From Erysipelotrichaceae bacterium (lineage in GTDB: Bacteria; Bacillota_I; Bacilli_A; RFN20; CAG-826): a stretch of DNA of 64,000 nt. The notes beneath the pieces are model-generated. The model saw only the letters and a list, made by a program, of their open reading frames with translations, had not been told where the DNA came from and searched no databases. Of this stretch, positions 31,547 to 40,688 are shown in pieces. Where the stretch lies: positions 219,694-283,693 of the forward strand of contig JAYFOJ010000002.1 in the NCBI GenBank assembly GCA_034932745.1. The letters run 5' to 3'. Within the stretch, counting starts at the first letter, position 1; each line of letters starts with the position of its first letter. The position numbers were made by a program, and so were the translations under genes.

Positions 31547-33931
31547 ATGATAAAGGTGTTAAAAAGAGATGGTGTGACAGTGGATTTCTCGCTCGATAAA
31601 ATCGAAGAGGCTATTGAAAAAGCATTTATTGCAGAACACAAGGCTTATACAAAAGAAATCGTTCAGTTATTAGCGCTTAAAGCTACTGCTGATTTTAATA
31701 AAAAGATTAAAAATGATTCGATTTCAGTCGAAGAAATACAAGACTCAGTCGAAAATATTTTAATCGCTGCCAATTATGTCGACGTTGCGAAAGCTTATAT
31801 GGTGTACCGCAAGCAACACGAGAATCTCCGCCAATTAAAAAGCACGAATTTAGACTATAAAAATGTCGTAGATAATTATTTAAAAATAAACGACTGGAGA
31901 GTTAAAGAAAACTCCACCGTTACATACTCCGTTGGGGGCTTAATTTTATCCAATTCAGGCGCCGTCACTGCCAACTACTGGCTTAGCGAAGTATACGATC
32001 AAGAAATCGCAAATGCTCATCGAAATGCTGACATTCATTTACACGATTTATCAATGCTCACCGGCTATTGTGCGGGATGGTCTTTAAAACAACTAATAAA
32101 AGAGGGTTTAGGGGGAGTTCCTGGAAAGATAACTTCTTCCCCTGCTTCTCATCTATCAACTCTTTGTAACCAAATGGTTAATTTTCTTGGAATTATGCAA
32201 AATGAGTGGGCGGGCGCACAAGCCTTCTCTTCATTCGATACTTATTTAGCACCTTTTGTTAAGGTTGATAATCTTGAATACAAACAAGTAAAGCAATGTA
32301 TCCAGTCATTTGTTTATGGCGTAAATACTCCTTCTAGATGGGGTACACAAGCACCGTTTAGCAATATTACACTGGACTGGGTTGTTCCTAATGATATGGC
32401 AGAATTAAACTGCATCGTCGGCGGAAAAGAAATGCCTTTTAAGTACAAAGATTGCGAGAAAGAAATGTCGATGGTTAATAAAGCATTCATCGAAATCATG
32501 ATTGAAGGCGACGCTAATGGTCGTGGATTTCAATATCCAATTCCAACTTATTCAATTACAAAGAATTTTGATTGGAGTGAAACAGAAAATAACAAATTAC
32601 TATTTGAAATGGCCGCAAAATATGGCACACCTTATTTTTCAAATTACGTAAATTCTGATATGGAACCTTCGGATGTTAGATCGATGTGCTGTCGCCTCAG
32701 ATTAGACTTAAGAGAACTAAGAAAGAAATCAGGCGGATTCTTTGGAAGTGGTGAGTCTACAGGTTCAATTGGCGTCGTTACGATTAATATGCCACGATTA
32801 GCGTATCTCGCCACTGACGAAAAGGATTTCTACGAGCGGTTAGATCACGTCATGGATATATCCGCTAGATCGTTAAAAGTTAAAAGAAATACGATTACTT
32901 CATTATTAGAAGCTGGTTTATATCCTTACACTAGAAGATATCTCGGTAACTTCAATAATCATTTCTCGACCATTGGTCTAGTTGGAATGAATGAAGCTTG
33001 TCTAAATGCTAGATGGATTAAAAATGATTTAACAAACGAAAAAGCACAACAATTCACTAAAGAAGTTTTAAATCACATGCGCAACAGACTCTCTGATTAT
33101 CAAGAAAGATATGGAGACTTATATAATCTAGAGGCTACTCCTGCAGAATCAACTTCTTATCGCTTAGCAAAACACGATAAAGAAAAATATCCAGATATCA
33201 TTACCGCTAGTGAAGATAGTAAAGTTCCGTATTATACAAATTCTTCTCACTTACCAGTTGGATACACCGAAGATATTTTCGAAGCTCTCGATGTTCAAGA
33301 CGGATTACAAACTTTATATACATCCGGAACTGTATTTCATGCATTCCTTGGACAAAAATTACCATCTTGGAAATCTTGTATGACACTAGTAAGAAAAATA
33401 GCAGAAAACTATCATATTCCTTACTACACAATTTCTCCTACATATTCAGTTTGTAAAGATCACGGATACCTCGAAGGCGAGCAAACGACTTGTCCAAAGT
33501 GTGGAGGTAAGACCGAAATATATTCCCGTATTACAGGTTACTATCGTCCAATTCAAAACTGGAACGACGGAAAAACTCAAGAGTACAAGCAAAGAAAAGA
33601 GTATGAAATTGGGAATAGCAAATTAAAACACGAACTACACGGCGATGTAAATCACTGCGAGTGCGAAACAAAAGAAAATAAAACTATCTCTAATGATAAG
33701 GGTAATGTTTTATTTGCTACAAGAACCTGCCCAAACTGCAAAATGGCAAAAATGCTCTTAGATAAAGCGAATATTAAATACACTGTTGTTTTTGCGGACG
33801 AAGATAAAGATGCAGCGATTAGATACGATGTCAAAAAAGTTCCAACCTTATTCGTTTTTGATGGTAAGGGTGGATATGAAGTTTTTGAAAATGCTTCAAA
33901 TATCAAAGGTTACATCGAAAAAGGACAATAA
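31547..33931 (+). CDS. nrdD: Anaerobic ribonucleoside-triphosphate reductase (class III) with fused C-terminal glutaredoxin/NrdH-like domain
   Basis: ATP-cone start MIKVLKRDGVTVDFSLDKIEEAIEKA (RBS GGAGG at ~31534). Glycyl-radical motif SRITGYYRPIQNWNDGKTQEYKQRKEY. An extra ~100 aa beyond this carries CPNC...VKKVPTLFVFDGKG (thioredoxin-fold redoxin). Confidence 0.85.
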   Translation: MIKVLKRDGVTVDFSLDKIEEAIEKAFIAEHKAYTKEIVQLLALKATADFNKKIKNDSISVEEIQDSVENILIAANYVDVAKAYMVYRKQHENLRQLKSTNLDYKNVVDNYLKINDWRVKENSTVTYSVGGLILSNSGAVTANYWLSEVYDQEIANAHRNADIHLHDLSMLTGYCAGWSLKQLIKEGLGGVPGKITSSPASHLSTLCNQMVNFLGIMQNEWAGAQAFSSFDTYLAPFVKVDNLEYKQVKQCIQSFVYGVNTPSRWGTQAPFSNITLDWVVPNDMAELNCIVGGKEMPFKYKDCEKEMSMVNKAFIEIMIEGDANGRGFQYPIPTYSITKNFDWSETENNKLLFEMAAKYGTPYFSNYVNSDMEPSDVRSMCCRLRLDLRELRKKSGGFFGSGESTGSIGVVTINMPRLAYLATDEKDFYERLDHVMDISARSLKVKRNTITSLLEAGLYPYTRRYLGNFNNHFSTIGLVGMNEACLNARWIKNDLTNEKAQQFTKEVLNHMRNRLSDYQERYGDLYNLEATPAESTSYRLAKHDKEKYPDIITASEDSKVPYYTNSSHLPVGYTEDIFEALDVQDGLQTLYTSGTVFHAFLGQKLPSWKSCMTLVRKIAENYHIPYYTISPTYSVCKDHGYLEGEQTTCPKCGGKTEIYSRITGYYRPIQNWNDGKTQEYKQRKEYEIGNSKLKHELHGDVNHCECETKENKTISNDKGNVLFATRTCPNCKMAKMLLDKANIKYTVVFADEDKDAAIRYDVKKVPTLFVFDGKGGYEVFENASNIKGYIEKGQ

Positions 33932-33932
33932 A

Positions 33933-34835
33933 ATGTACGACATCATCGTTATTGGTGGCGGACCTTCTGGCATGACTGCTGCTTTATATGGTTTAAGATC
34001 AGGGAAGTCTGTTTTAATTTTGGAAAAAGAGAATTTTGGCGGACAAATCGCCAATTCTCCTCGATTAGAAAATTTCCCATCGATTAAAGAAATATCAGGA
34101 CTAGATTTTTCATCTAATCTATTTGAGCAAATCACCAATCTTGGAGCCGAGTTTGAACTAGAAGAGGCTTTAAAGATTGAAAAAGAGGACAATATTTTCA
34201 CAATTAAAACCAATTATTCTACACACCAGGCTAAAACCGTCATTATTGCTAATGGCGTAAAGCATCGACACACCAATGTCGCTAACGAAGAGAAGTTTAT
34301 TGGTAAAGGAGTCTCATATTGTGCGGTTTGTGATGGGGCTTTTTATAAGGGACAAGAAGTGTATTTAATCGGAGACGCCAATACCGCTCTTCAATACGCT
34401 TTATTACTTAGTAATTACTGCAAGAAAGTTCACATAATTACACTATTCGACCGATTCTTTGCAGATAAGGTCTTAGTAGATCGAGTTTTAAATAGGGAAA
34501 ATATCGACGTTCGACACAATTTGAATTTAAACGAATTAGTCGGAAATTCGGAATTAGAAAAAATTGTCTTCACCGATACAAAAACAAAAGAAAAAGTTAG
34601 TTATACCACTAATGCACTTTTTATTGCGATTGGCCAAATACCAGAAAACAAAGCTTTTAATGAATTAGTCGAATTGAAAGATGGTTACATCGTTACTAAC
34701 GATAAGATGGAAACTAAAACTACTGGCCTATTTGCAGTCGGAGATACGCGGAAAAAAGATATTAGACAATTGGTAACGGCGTGCAATGATGGAGCAATCG
34801 CTGCCATTAATGCAGTTCGTTACATCGATCAATAA
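33933..34835 (+). CDS. trxB: Thioredoxin-disulfide reductase
   Basis: MYDIIVIGGGPSGMTAALY...CAVCDGAF (redox-active CxxC)...GDT.R. ATG lies 1 nt after the nrdD stop. The upstream 49 codons in the ORF track are spurious overlap. Confidence 0.88.
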   Translation: MYDIIVIGGGPSGMTAALYGLRSGKSVLILEKENFGGQIANSPRLENFPSIKEISGLDFSSNLFEQITNLGAEFELEEALKIEKEDNIFTIKTNYSTHQAKTVIIANGVKHRHTNVANEEKFIGKGVSYCAVCDGAFYKGQEVYLIGDANTALQYALLLSNYCKKVHIITLFDRFFADKVLVDRVLNRENIDVRHNLNLNELVGNSELEKIVFTDTKTKEKVSYTTNALFIAIGQIPENKAFNELVELKDGYIVTNDKMETKTTGLFAVGDTRKKDIRQLVTACNDGAIAAINAVRYIDQ

Positions 34836-35509
34836 CCTCGTAATTCAACTTTATTTATATTGTATTTAACTAAAATGCTCTTATAAACAAGAGCTTTTTC
34901 TTTTGTTACTTCGTGAAGATTACTAGCAATGTTTGTTCCACGATCTTTAAATAATTGGAGATACATTCTTTTTGCGCCCAAAAGGAGTTTTCCCATTTCG
35001 TTTATTGATTCCTCGTCATGAAATTCATTAACTAACGTCGTTCTAAACTCGTAATCAATGTTTGATGTCATAAGCAATCTAATACTTTTTTCAATCTTCG
35101 AAAAATCTATTGTTTTGACGCCAGCGGTTAATGGGTATTTCTTTGGCGAATTCTTAATATCCATAGCAACATAATCAATAAGTCTATCGTCGATTAATTC
35201 TTTAATTAGTTTTGGGTTGGTGCCATTGGTATCTAGTTTGATAAGAAAACCCAATTTTTTAATTGCGATAATTTCGTTTTTAAGTTCTGGATCTAATGTT
35301 GGCTCACCACCACTTATTACTACGGCATCGATTGAGCCTTTTCTTTTGGTTAAGTAGTTCAAAATTGTTTCAAAAGGAATCTCAATATTTTCTTTTGCGT
35401 CGATAACTAATGGAGAATTATGGCAAAAAGGACAGGCAAAATTACATCCTGGTTTAAATAATACACACGATATCTTGTCATCGTAATCGACTAGTGATAG
35501 TTTTTCCAT
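34829..35509 (-). CDS. nrdG: Anaerobic RNR activating protein (radical SAM)
   Basis: MEKLSLVDYDDKISCVLFKPGCNFACPFCHN, the CxxxCxxC radical-SAM motif of NrdG. Convergent with nrdD-trxB; its 3' end overlaps trxB by 7 nt. Confidence 0.85.
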   Translation of the reverse strand: MEKLSLVDYDDKISCVLFKPGCNFACPFCHNSPLVIDAKENIEIPFETILNYLTKRKGSIDAVVISGGEPTLDPELKNEIIAIKKLGFLIKLDTNGTNPKLIKELIDDRLIDYVAMDIKNSPKKYPLTAGVKTIDFSKIEKSIRLLMTSNIDYEFRTTLVNEFHDEESINEMGKLLLGAKRMYLQLFKDRGTNIASNLHEVTKEKALVYKSILVKYNINKVELRGY

Positions 35510-35617
35510 TCCAACAAACATATTCAAATTATAGCAAAAAAGAAGTCATTTTAGCACTGCTAGTTAATTTATTAACTTCCTCTACTTTTGTATCGATGTT
35601 TTTGCTACAATTAGGCT

Positions 35618-36091
35618 ATGTTAAAAAGCAATATAAATTGGGACGAATATTTCATGGGAATCGCCCTCCTATCATCACTAAGAAGCAAAGATCCAAATAC
35701 CAAAGTTGGCGCTTGTATCGTCGATAACGATCATAAAGTTGTATCAATTGGATACAATGGCATGCCAAGAAATATCGATGAGTGTCAGTTATCGTGGGAA
35801 AAAGGAGAAGATTTAGATTCTAAATATCTTTACGTGTGCCACGCTGAATTCAACGCTATTTTAAATACGAGAAACGGATCAGCTTTAAAAGATTGCACGC
35901 TTTATGTCACTCTTTTTCCATGTAATGAGTGTGCTAAAGCAATTATTCAAGTCGGAATAAAAGAAATCGTTTATCTAGATAACAAATACGAAGATTCAAT
36001 TCAAACAAGAGCGTCGCTAAAAATGTTATCTTTAGCAGGAGTTAAAATCAGACATTATACAGATCGTGTAATGACAATCAAAGTCGAGTAG
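35618..36091 (+). CDS. comEB: dCMP deaminase (ComEB/Dcd family)
   Basis: HAEFNAI...PCNECAKAI zinc-binding cytidine/dCMP deaminase motifs; 157 aa. Confidence 0.85.
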   Translation: MLKSNINWDEYFMGIALLSSLRSKDPNTKVGACIVDNDHKVVSIGYNGMPRNIDECQLSWEKGEDLDSKYLYVCHAEFNAILNTRNGSALKDCTLYVTLFPCNECAKAIIQVGIKEIVYLDNKYEDSIQTRASLKMLSLAGVKIRHYTDRVMTIKVE

Positions 36092-36109
36092 ATTTTAGGT
36101 AGGTTTATT

Positions 36110-36913
36110 ATGACGATAAAAGAATACGTTTTACTACGAAAAGAACAGATTAAAAGTGAAATTAATGGCTTTAAAAGAAAACCATTTTTTGCTATCGTTC
36201 AAGTGAATGATGACCCTGCTAGTAATAGTTATATTAAAGGTAAAATTAAGGATGCAGAGGAATTAGGCATATCTACAGATCTTATTAAACTAGATGAATC
36301 GACCACCGAAAGTGAATTGTTGAAACTGATAGAGACGCTAAATAACAATGGCCAAATTGATGGTTTTATTGTTCAATTGCCACTTCCAAAGCATATTTCA
36401 GAAGACAAAATCAAAATGGCGATTAATCCTCACAAAGACATCGATGGTTTTCATCCATTGAGTACTTTAAGTCCATGCACTCCTAAAGGCATCGTCGATT
36501 ATTTGAAATTTATCAACGAGAAGATTGAAGGCAAAAACGCTGTAATAATCGGTAGAAGTAATATTGTTGGTAAACCAATGGCTAAGATTTTATTAAAAGA
36601 AAACGCCAATGTTACCGTCTTACATTCGAAGACAAAATTAGAAGACATGCAGTTTTATCTTTCCCGCGCCGATATCATCGTTGTCGCAATTGGAAAACTT
36701 CACTTTCTCGACGAAAGATTCAACTATAAACCAACCGCAATCATTGTCGATGTTGGGATCAACAGAGATGAAAATGGTCTTCACGGAGACGCACTACCAA
36801 ATTTAAAAGTGCGGATTCAAACACCTGTTCCTGGCGGTGTTGGATTATTGACTAGATTAGCGTTAATGGAGAATTTAATCGAGGTATATAAAAATGGAAT
36901 TTCAAATAAATAA
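36110..36913 (+). CDS. folD: Bifunctional 5,10-methylene-THF dehydrogenase/cyclohydrolase
   Basis: 267 aa; ...GFIVQLPLP...NAVIIGRSNIVGKPMA...; FolD family. Confidence 0.88.
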   Translation: MTIKEYVLLRKEQIKSEINGFKRKPFFAIVQVNDDPASNSYIKGKIKDAEELGISTDLIKLDESTTESELLKLIETLNNNGQIDGFIVQLPLPKHISEDKIKMAINPHKDIDGFHPLSTLSPCTPKGIVDYLKFINEKIEGKNAVIIGRSNIVGKPMAKILLKENANVTVLHSKTKLEDMQFYLSRADIIVVAIGKLHFLDERFNYKPTAIIVDVGINRDENGLHGDALPNLKVRIQTPVPGGVGLLTRLALMENLIEVYKNGISNK

Positions 36914-37490
36914 CACTTCTGTCTACGGTATTGATAAAGCAATTAAAGCAAGTGGAAATCCGATGAGAACCGAAATCGATAACGGAGAAGTAAATGAGAA
37001 AGACATTGCGCGTGCGATTAAACTAGGCGCCACTAGAAACGGAGAAGGACACGATAATTTTCTCAAGGGTTTTCTAGTTCAAATGGACCTTACCGCACCT
37101 TTATATTTTTGGAAACAGGCACAAAGATATCATTGGTTTGATTTTGTTTCCAGCCAATCGACAATGCATTGCTTATTAAAATTCGATGTATCTTCGCAAT
37201 GCGTTAGTGACACAAATAAAGAAGTGATATCAATTATTCAAGTATTAGTCGAAAAATACAAAAATATTCCAGACACAGATTCGAATAAAATAACGAAATG
37301 GCGAGAATTGGTCGCATCTTTACCTTGTGGATTTTGCTTAAGTGCCACGATGACAACAAACTATCAACAACTTAAAACCATGTATCTTCAAAGAAGGTAT
37401 CACAAGTTAAAGGAGTGGCAAGTGTTCTGTACTTGGTGTGAGAGTTTACCGCATTTTATTGAATTCACCGGAGTTCAAATGATTAAATAG
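36894..37490 (+). CDS. ThyX-like (flavin-dependent thymidylate synthase fold) protein with degenerate active-site motifs
   Basis: By-eye alignment to T. maritima ThyX: GHDNF~GHETPF; APLYFWKQAQRYH~APIFVARQWFRHR; TMTTNYQQLKTMYLQRRYHKLKEWQ~[23 protein letters not shown]. The RHR...S motif and the dUMP-phosphate Arg (NARS) are replaced (RYH; NYQQ). The start overlaps the folD 3' end by 20 nt. Confidence 0.5.
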   Translation: MEFQINNTSVYGIDKAIKASGNPMRTEIDNGEVNEKDIARAIKLGATRNGEGHDNFLKGFLVQMDLTAPLYFWKQAQRYHWFDFVSSQSTMHCLLKFDVSSQCVSDTNKEVISIIQVLVEKYKNIPDTDSNKITKWRELVASLPCGFCLSATMTTNYQQLKTMYLQRRYHKLKEWQVFCTWCESLPHFIEFTGVQMIK

Positions 37491-37520
37491 GCCGTTTTAA
37501 CGGTCTTTTTATTTTTCTTC
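37491..37520 (+). terminator. Rho-independent terminator
   Basis: GGCCGTTttaACGGTCTTTTTATTTTT. Confidence 0.7.
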
Positions 37521-37620
37521 ATTTTATCAACACATTTTTGTATCACTAGCATATAATAGTAAACGAAGCACAAATCGTTTAAGAAAGTGATTACTTCTAG
37601 AGTAAATAAAAAAACAAATT

Positions 37621-39567
37621 ATGCCAGAAATTCACAAAGCTCAAAAAGAAGATCAACAGTTTCTAGTAGCGCTTGAAGAACAATGTTTTCCCGCCCATCG
37701 TAGGGCTTCTTTTTCTTCTTTAAAACATAGTCTAAGCAGCAAACATCAGAACGTTATAGTCGTTAAAGATAATGGAAAATCTATTGGCAGTGCAGTCGTT
37801 TTTAACTTCAAAAAAACTTGGAGAATCTATTCTATTTCCATCTTGCCAGAATTTCAAAACGCTGGATATGGAAGATTCATTCTTGGTCATATTATTCAAG
37901 ATGCCAAAGAAAAAGGTGTAAATAGAATAAGCCTTGAAGCCGATGCAACTAATCAAAGATTAGTCGATTGGTATAAGTCTTTTGGCTTTTATGTTGTCGG
38001 CACGCTTCGCAACTTTTATGGTCATGGCGAACACGCTAATAAAATGGTCATGCAATTAAAAGATAATTCTAACGAAAGCGAATACATCGCCAACATTGCA
38101 GTCGTCGACAAAGAAAGACCATGGCTCAAGCAGATTCCTAATCTCGAAGTCGTTATGGTAAATCAGTTTCTTAACGATGAAAAATATCAATTAGCGAAAG
38201 ATTTAAGAGTCTTTAATCTTTGCTCTTCGTTAGGCTATCAAACTCTTGGCTATTATGTTTCGTTATTAGCGGGAGCTAGAGAATTAAGACCAATTCCAAC
38301 TGTCGCAACATTAGAAGATGCAACTGACGAAACGATTACAGAATCAATCGGTGAAGAAGTCTTTGGTGTTATTCAAGACACATTCAAACAAAACACTAAA
38401 AAAGAAATAACTTTTAGAATTGTGTTCGGTAAAACCAATCCACCAAGATACGAGAGACTCGGACGTGCTTTATTACGACTATTTGAAGCACCGCTTCTTG
38501 AAGTTAACTTCGTTAAAGAGCGGAATTGGAAGTTAAAAAAGATTAGAATTCTAACTCTTGACGACATTCAAGTTGATGACAATTTGATAAAAGACGCTAA
38601 GAGATATTTCTCTCACAACAAATTTGCTATTTCTAAAATAAAACAATATAAATTCGATCTAGCTATCCTAGTGGATCCAAAAGAGCCAGCAGCGCCATCT
38701 GGAAAAACTGCGTTGGATAAGTTTGTCGATGCCGCTAAAAAGGTCGGATTTTACGTCGAGTTCATCACAAAAGATGACTACTCTAGAATTCCACAATTCG
38801 ATGCCTTGTTTATAAGAGCGACGACCAATGTCGATGACTACACATATCAGTTTTCTCGTTATGCATATTCAGAGGGACTCGCGGTTATCGATGACCCTTG
38901 GTCAATTTTAAGATGCGCTAATAAATTATATTTCCACGAGTGTATGAGAAGTCATAATCTACCGACACCAAAAACTCTAATAGTTAGTAGCGGAACGCCA
39001 ATCCAAAAAATATTGTCGACTTTTAACTTCCCGATTATATTAAAACGACCAGACAGTGCTTCTTCTCGTGGTGTTTTTAAAGTAAAAGAAGAAAAAGAAT
39101 TGAAACAGAAAATGCACGAATTATTTAAGACTAGTGCATTAATTATTGCTCAAGAATACATCCCGAGTAGTTTCGACTGGAGAATTGGTATTCTCGAAGG
39201 CAAAGCGCTTTATGCTTGTAAATATTTCATGGCAAGAGACCACTGGCAAATCTATAACTGGAATGCAAACAAGAGCCACGCTACAGTTGGAGGTGTTGAA
39301 ACCTTTTTAATTGAAGACGCTCCAAAAGCAGTCGTCGAAACCGCCTTAAAGGCCGCCAATGCTATAGGAGATGGATTCTATGGCGTTGATTTAAAAGAAA
39401 AAGATGGAAATGTATACATTATCGAAGTAAACGATAACCCAAGTATCGACCGGCACTGGGAGGACGAAGTACTTGGCGATAAGTTATATATCGATATCAT
39501 GCAAAACATCATGTCGAGAATCGAAAGAGCTAGACAAGACAAAGAAAAGAAACAAGCAAAAAATTAA
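37621..39567 (+). CDS. Fusion protein: N-terminal GNAT acetyltransferase plus C-terminal RimK/GshB-type ATP-grasp ligase
   Basis: GNAT motif at aa ~50-140 (...YSISILPEFQNAGYGRFILGHII...). ATP-grasp at aa ~340-640 (...ILKRPDSASSRGVFKV...IAQEYIP...YGVDLKEKDGNVYIIEVNDNPS...). Confidence 0.75.
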   Translation: MPEIHKAQKEDQQFLVALEEQCFPAHRRASFSSLKHSLSSKHQNVIVVKDNGKSIGSAVVFNFKKTWRIYSISILPEFQNAGYGRFILGHIIQDAKEKGVNRISLEADATNQRLVDWYKSFGFYVVGTLRNFYGHGEHANKMVMQLKDNSNESEYIANIAVVDKERPWLKQIPNLEVVMVNQFLNDEKYQLAKDLRVFNLCSSLGYQTLGYYVSLLAGARELRPIPTVATLEDATDETITESIGEEVFGVIQDTFKQNTKKEITFRIVFGKTNPPRYERLGRALLRLFEAPLLEVNFVKERNWKLKKIRILTLDDIQVDDNLIKDAKRYFSHNKFAISKIKQYKFDLAILVDPKEPAAPSGKTALDKFVDAAKKVGFYVEFITKDDYSRIPQFDALFIRATTNVDDYTYQFSRYAYSEGLAVIDDPWSILRCANKLYFHECMRSHNLPTPKTLIVSSGTPIQKILSTFNFPIILKRPDSASSRGVFKVKEEKELKQKMHELFKTSALIIAQEYIPSSFDWRIGILEGKALYACKYFMARDHWQIYNWNANKSHATVGGVETFLIEDAPKAVVETALKAANAIGDGFYGVDLKEKDGNVYIIEVNDNPSIDRHWEDEVLGDKLYIDIMQNIMSRIERARQDKEKKQAKN

Positions 39568-39592
39568 TAAACAGAAAGTCAATTTTGCAATT

Positions 39593-39623
39593 AAAAAGCA
39601 TCCGCTAAGGGTGCTTTTTTTCA
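39593..39623 (+). terminator. Rho-independent terminator
   Basis: AAAAAGCATCCgctaaGGGTGCTTTTTTTC. Confidence 0.8.
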
Positions 39624-39725
39624 ATGTGCCATTTTCTTTCTTGGTTTGATTGACTTTATTTATTTTACTTGTAAAATGGTCTCAGTGGCTAAAAAATACC
39701 AAATAATGCCCTAAGGAGAACTATT

Positions 39726-40649
39726 ATGTCAGAGAAACAAATGTCACCAAAAGCTAAAGTTTTTGTCTCTTATCTTTCCATCATTCTTGCCTCATTCGTT
39801 TTTGCGATTTCGACATACATGTTTCTTGTTCCTGCAAAATTAATTCCAGGTGGTGTGACAGGCTTCGCTTCGATGATTCAAATCGTGACCGGATTTCCTG
39901 CACAATATTCGATATTTATTATTAACATTCCAATTCTTATCTGCGCTTTAATTTTCCTCGATAAAAAGGTCGCAATCAGAAGTATTTTTGGAATCATTTG
40001 TATCACTGGATGGATGCAGTTGTTTTCGACTTTAAATTTCTACCGATTCGATGGTGCTGGAGACGCCACCGTCACTGCATTAATACCATTCATCTCCGCT
40101 GTTATTTCTGGTTTTTTCACTGGTGTTAGTGTTGGCGTTTTGTTGAATGTCGATGCAAGTTCTGGCGGAACAGAACTAACTAGCATGATGCTTCAAAAGA
40201 AACTCAAAGAAGTTAAAGTCTCCAATATTATTTTCGTCATAAACATCGTTATTGTTTTGATTAACGCGCTTGTCTATTACTTCACTAAAACCTTTGATTT
40301 AGAGAACATTATTCTTCTATTGGTCTGTTCGATTATTCAAAATCTAATTAACTCTAAGAGTGTAGATATGATCTTGAATGGTTTTAATTCAGCAGTTAAA
40401 TTCGAAATCGTTACTAAAAAAGACCAAGAATTATGTAAGGCTATTTTAAAAGAAAGCGAATATGGAATCACTATTATCGATAGTAAAGGCGCCTACTTCG
40501 AAGAGAATAATAAAATGCTCATTTGCATCGTACCAAAATTAAGAATTCCAAACTTTAAAACTATTATTAATGAAATCGATCCAAACGCATTCGTCTTCTC
40601 CATCAATACTCGAGAAGTCATGGGTCGTAATTTTAAAAGAAACAGATAA
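39726..40649 (+). CDS. YitT-family membrane protein (DUF161 plus C-terminal DUF2179)
   Basis: 307 aa, 5-6 TM followed by a soluble C-terminal domain; paralog of the 61977..62984 gene. Confidence 0.65.
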   Translation: MSEKQMSPKAKVFVSYLSIILASFVFAISTYMFLVPAKLIPGGVTGFASMIQIVTGFPAQYSIFIINIPILICALIFLDKKVAIRSIFGIICITGWMQLFSTLNFYRFDGAGDATVTALIPFISAVISGFFTGVSVGVLLNVDASSGGTELTSMMLQKKLKEVKVSNIIFVINIVIVLINALVYYFTKTFDLENIILLLVCSIIQNLINSKSVDMILNGFNSAVKFEIVTKKDQELCKAILKESEYGITIIDSKGAYFEENNKMLICIVPKLRIPNFKTIINEIDPNAFVFSINTREVMGRNFKRNR

Positions 40650-40651
40650 AT

Positions 40652-40686
40652 TAAAAGCACTTGCCAACGACAAGTGCTTTTTTAAT
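40652..40686. terminator. Bidirectional rho-independent terminator
   Basis: AAAAGCACTTGccaacgaCAAGTGCTTTTTTAAT between convergent genes. Confidence 0.8.
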
Positions 40687-40688
40687 GC

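Noticed and set aside
33786-33932. 49-codon N-terminal extension of the trxB ORF overlapping the nrdD 3' end
   Set aside because: The extension lies inside nrdD in another frame. The conserved TrxB N-terminus (MYDIIVIGGGPSG) begins at the ATG at 33933, 1 nt after the nrdD stop.
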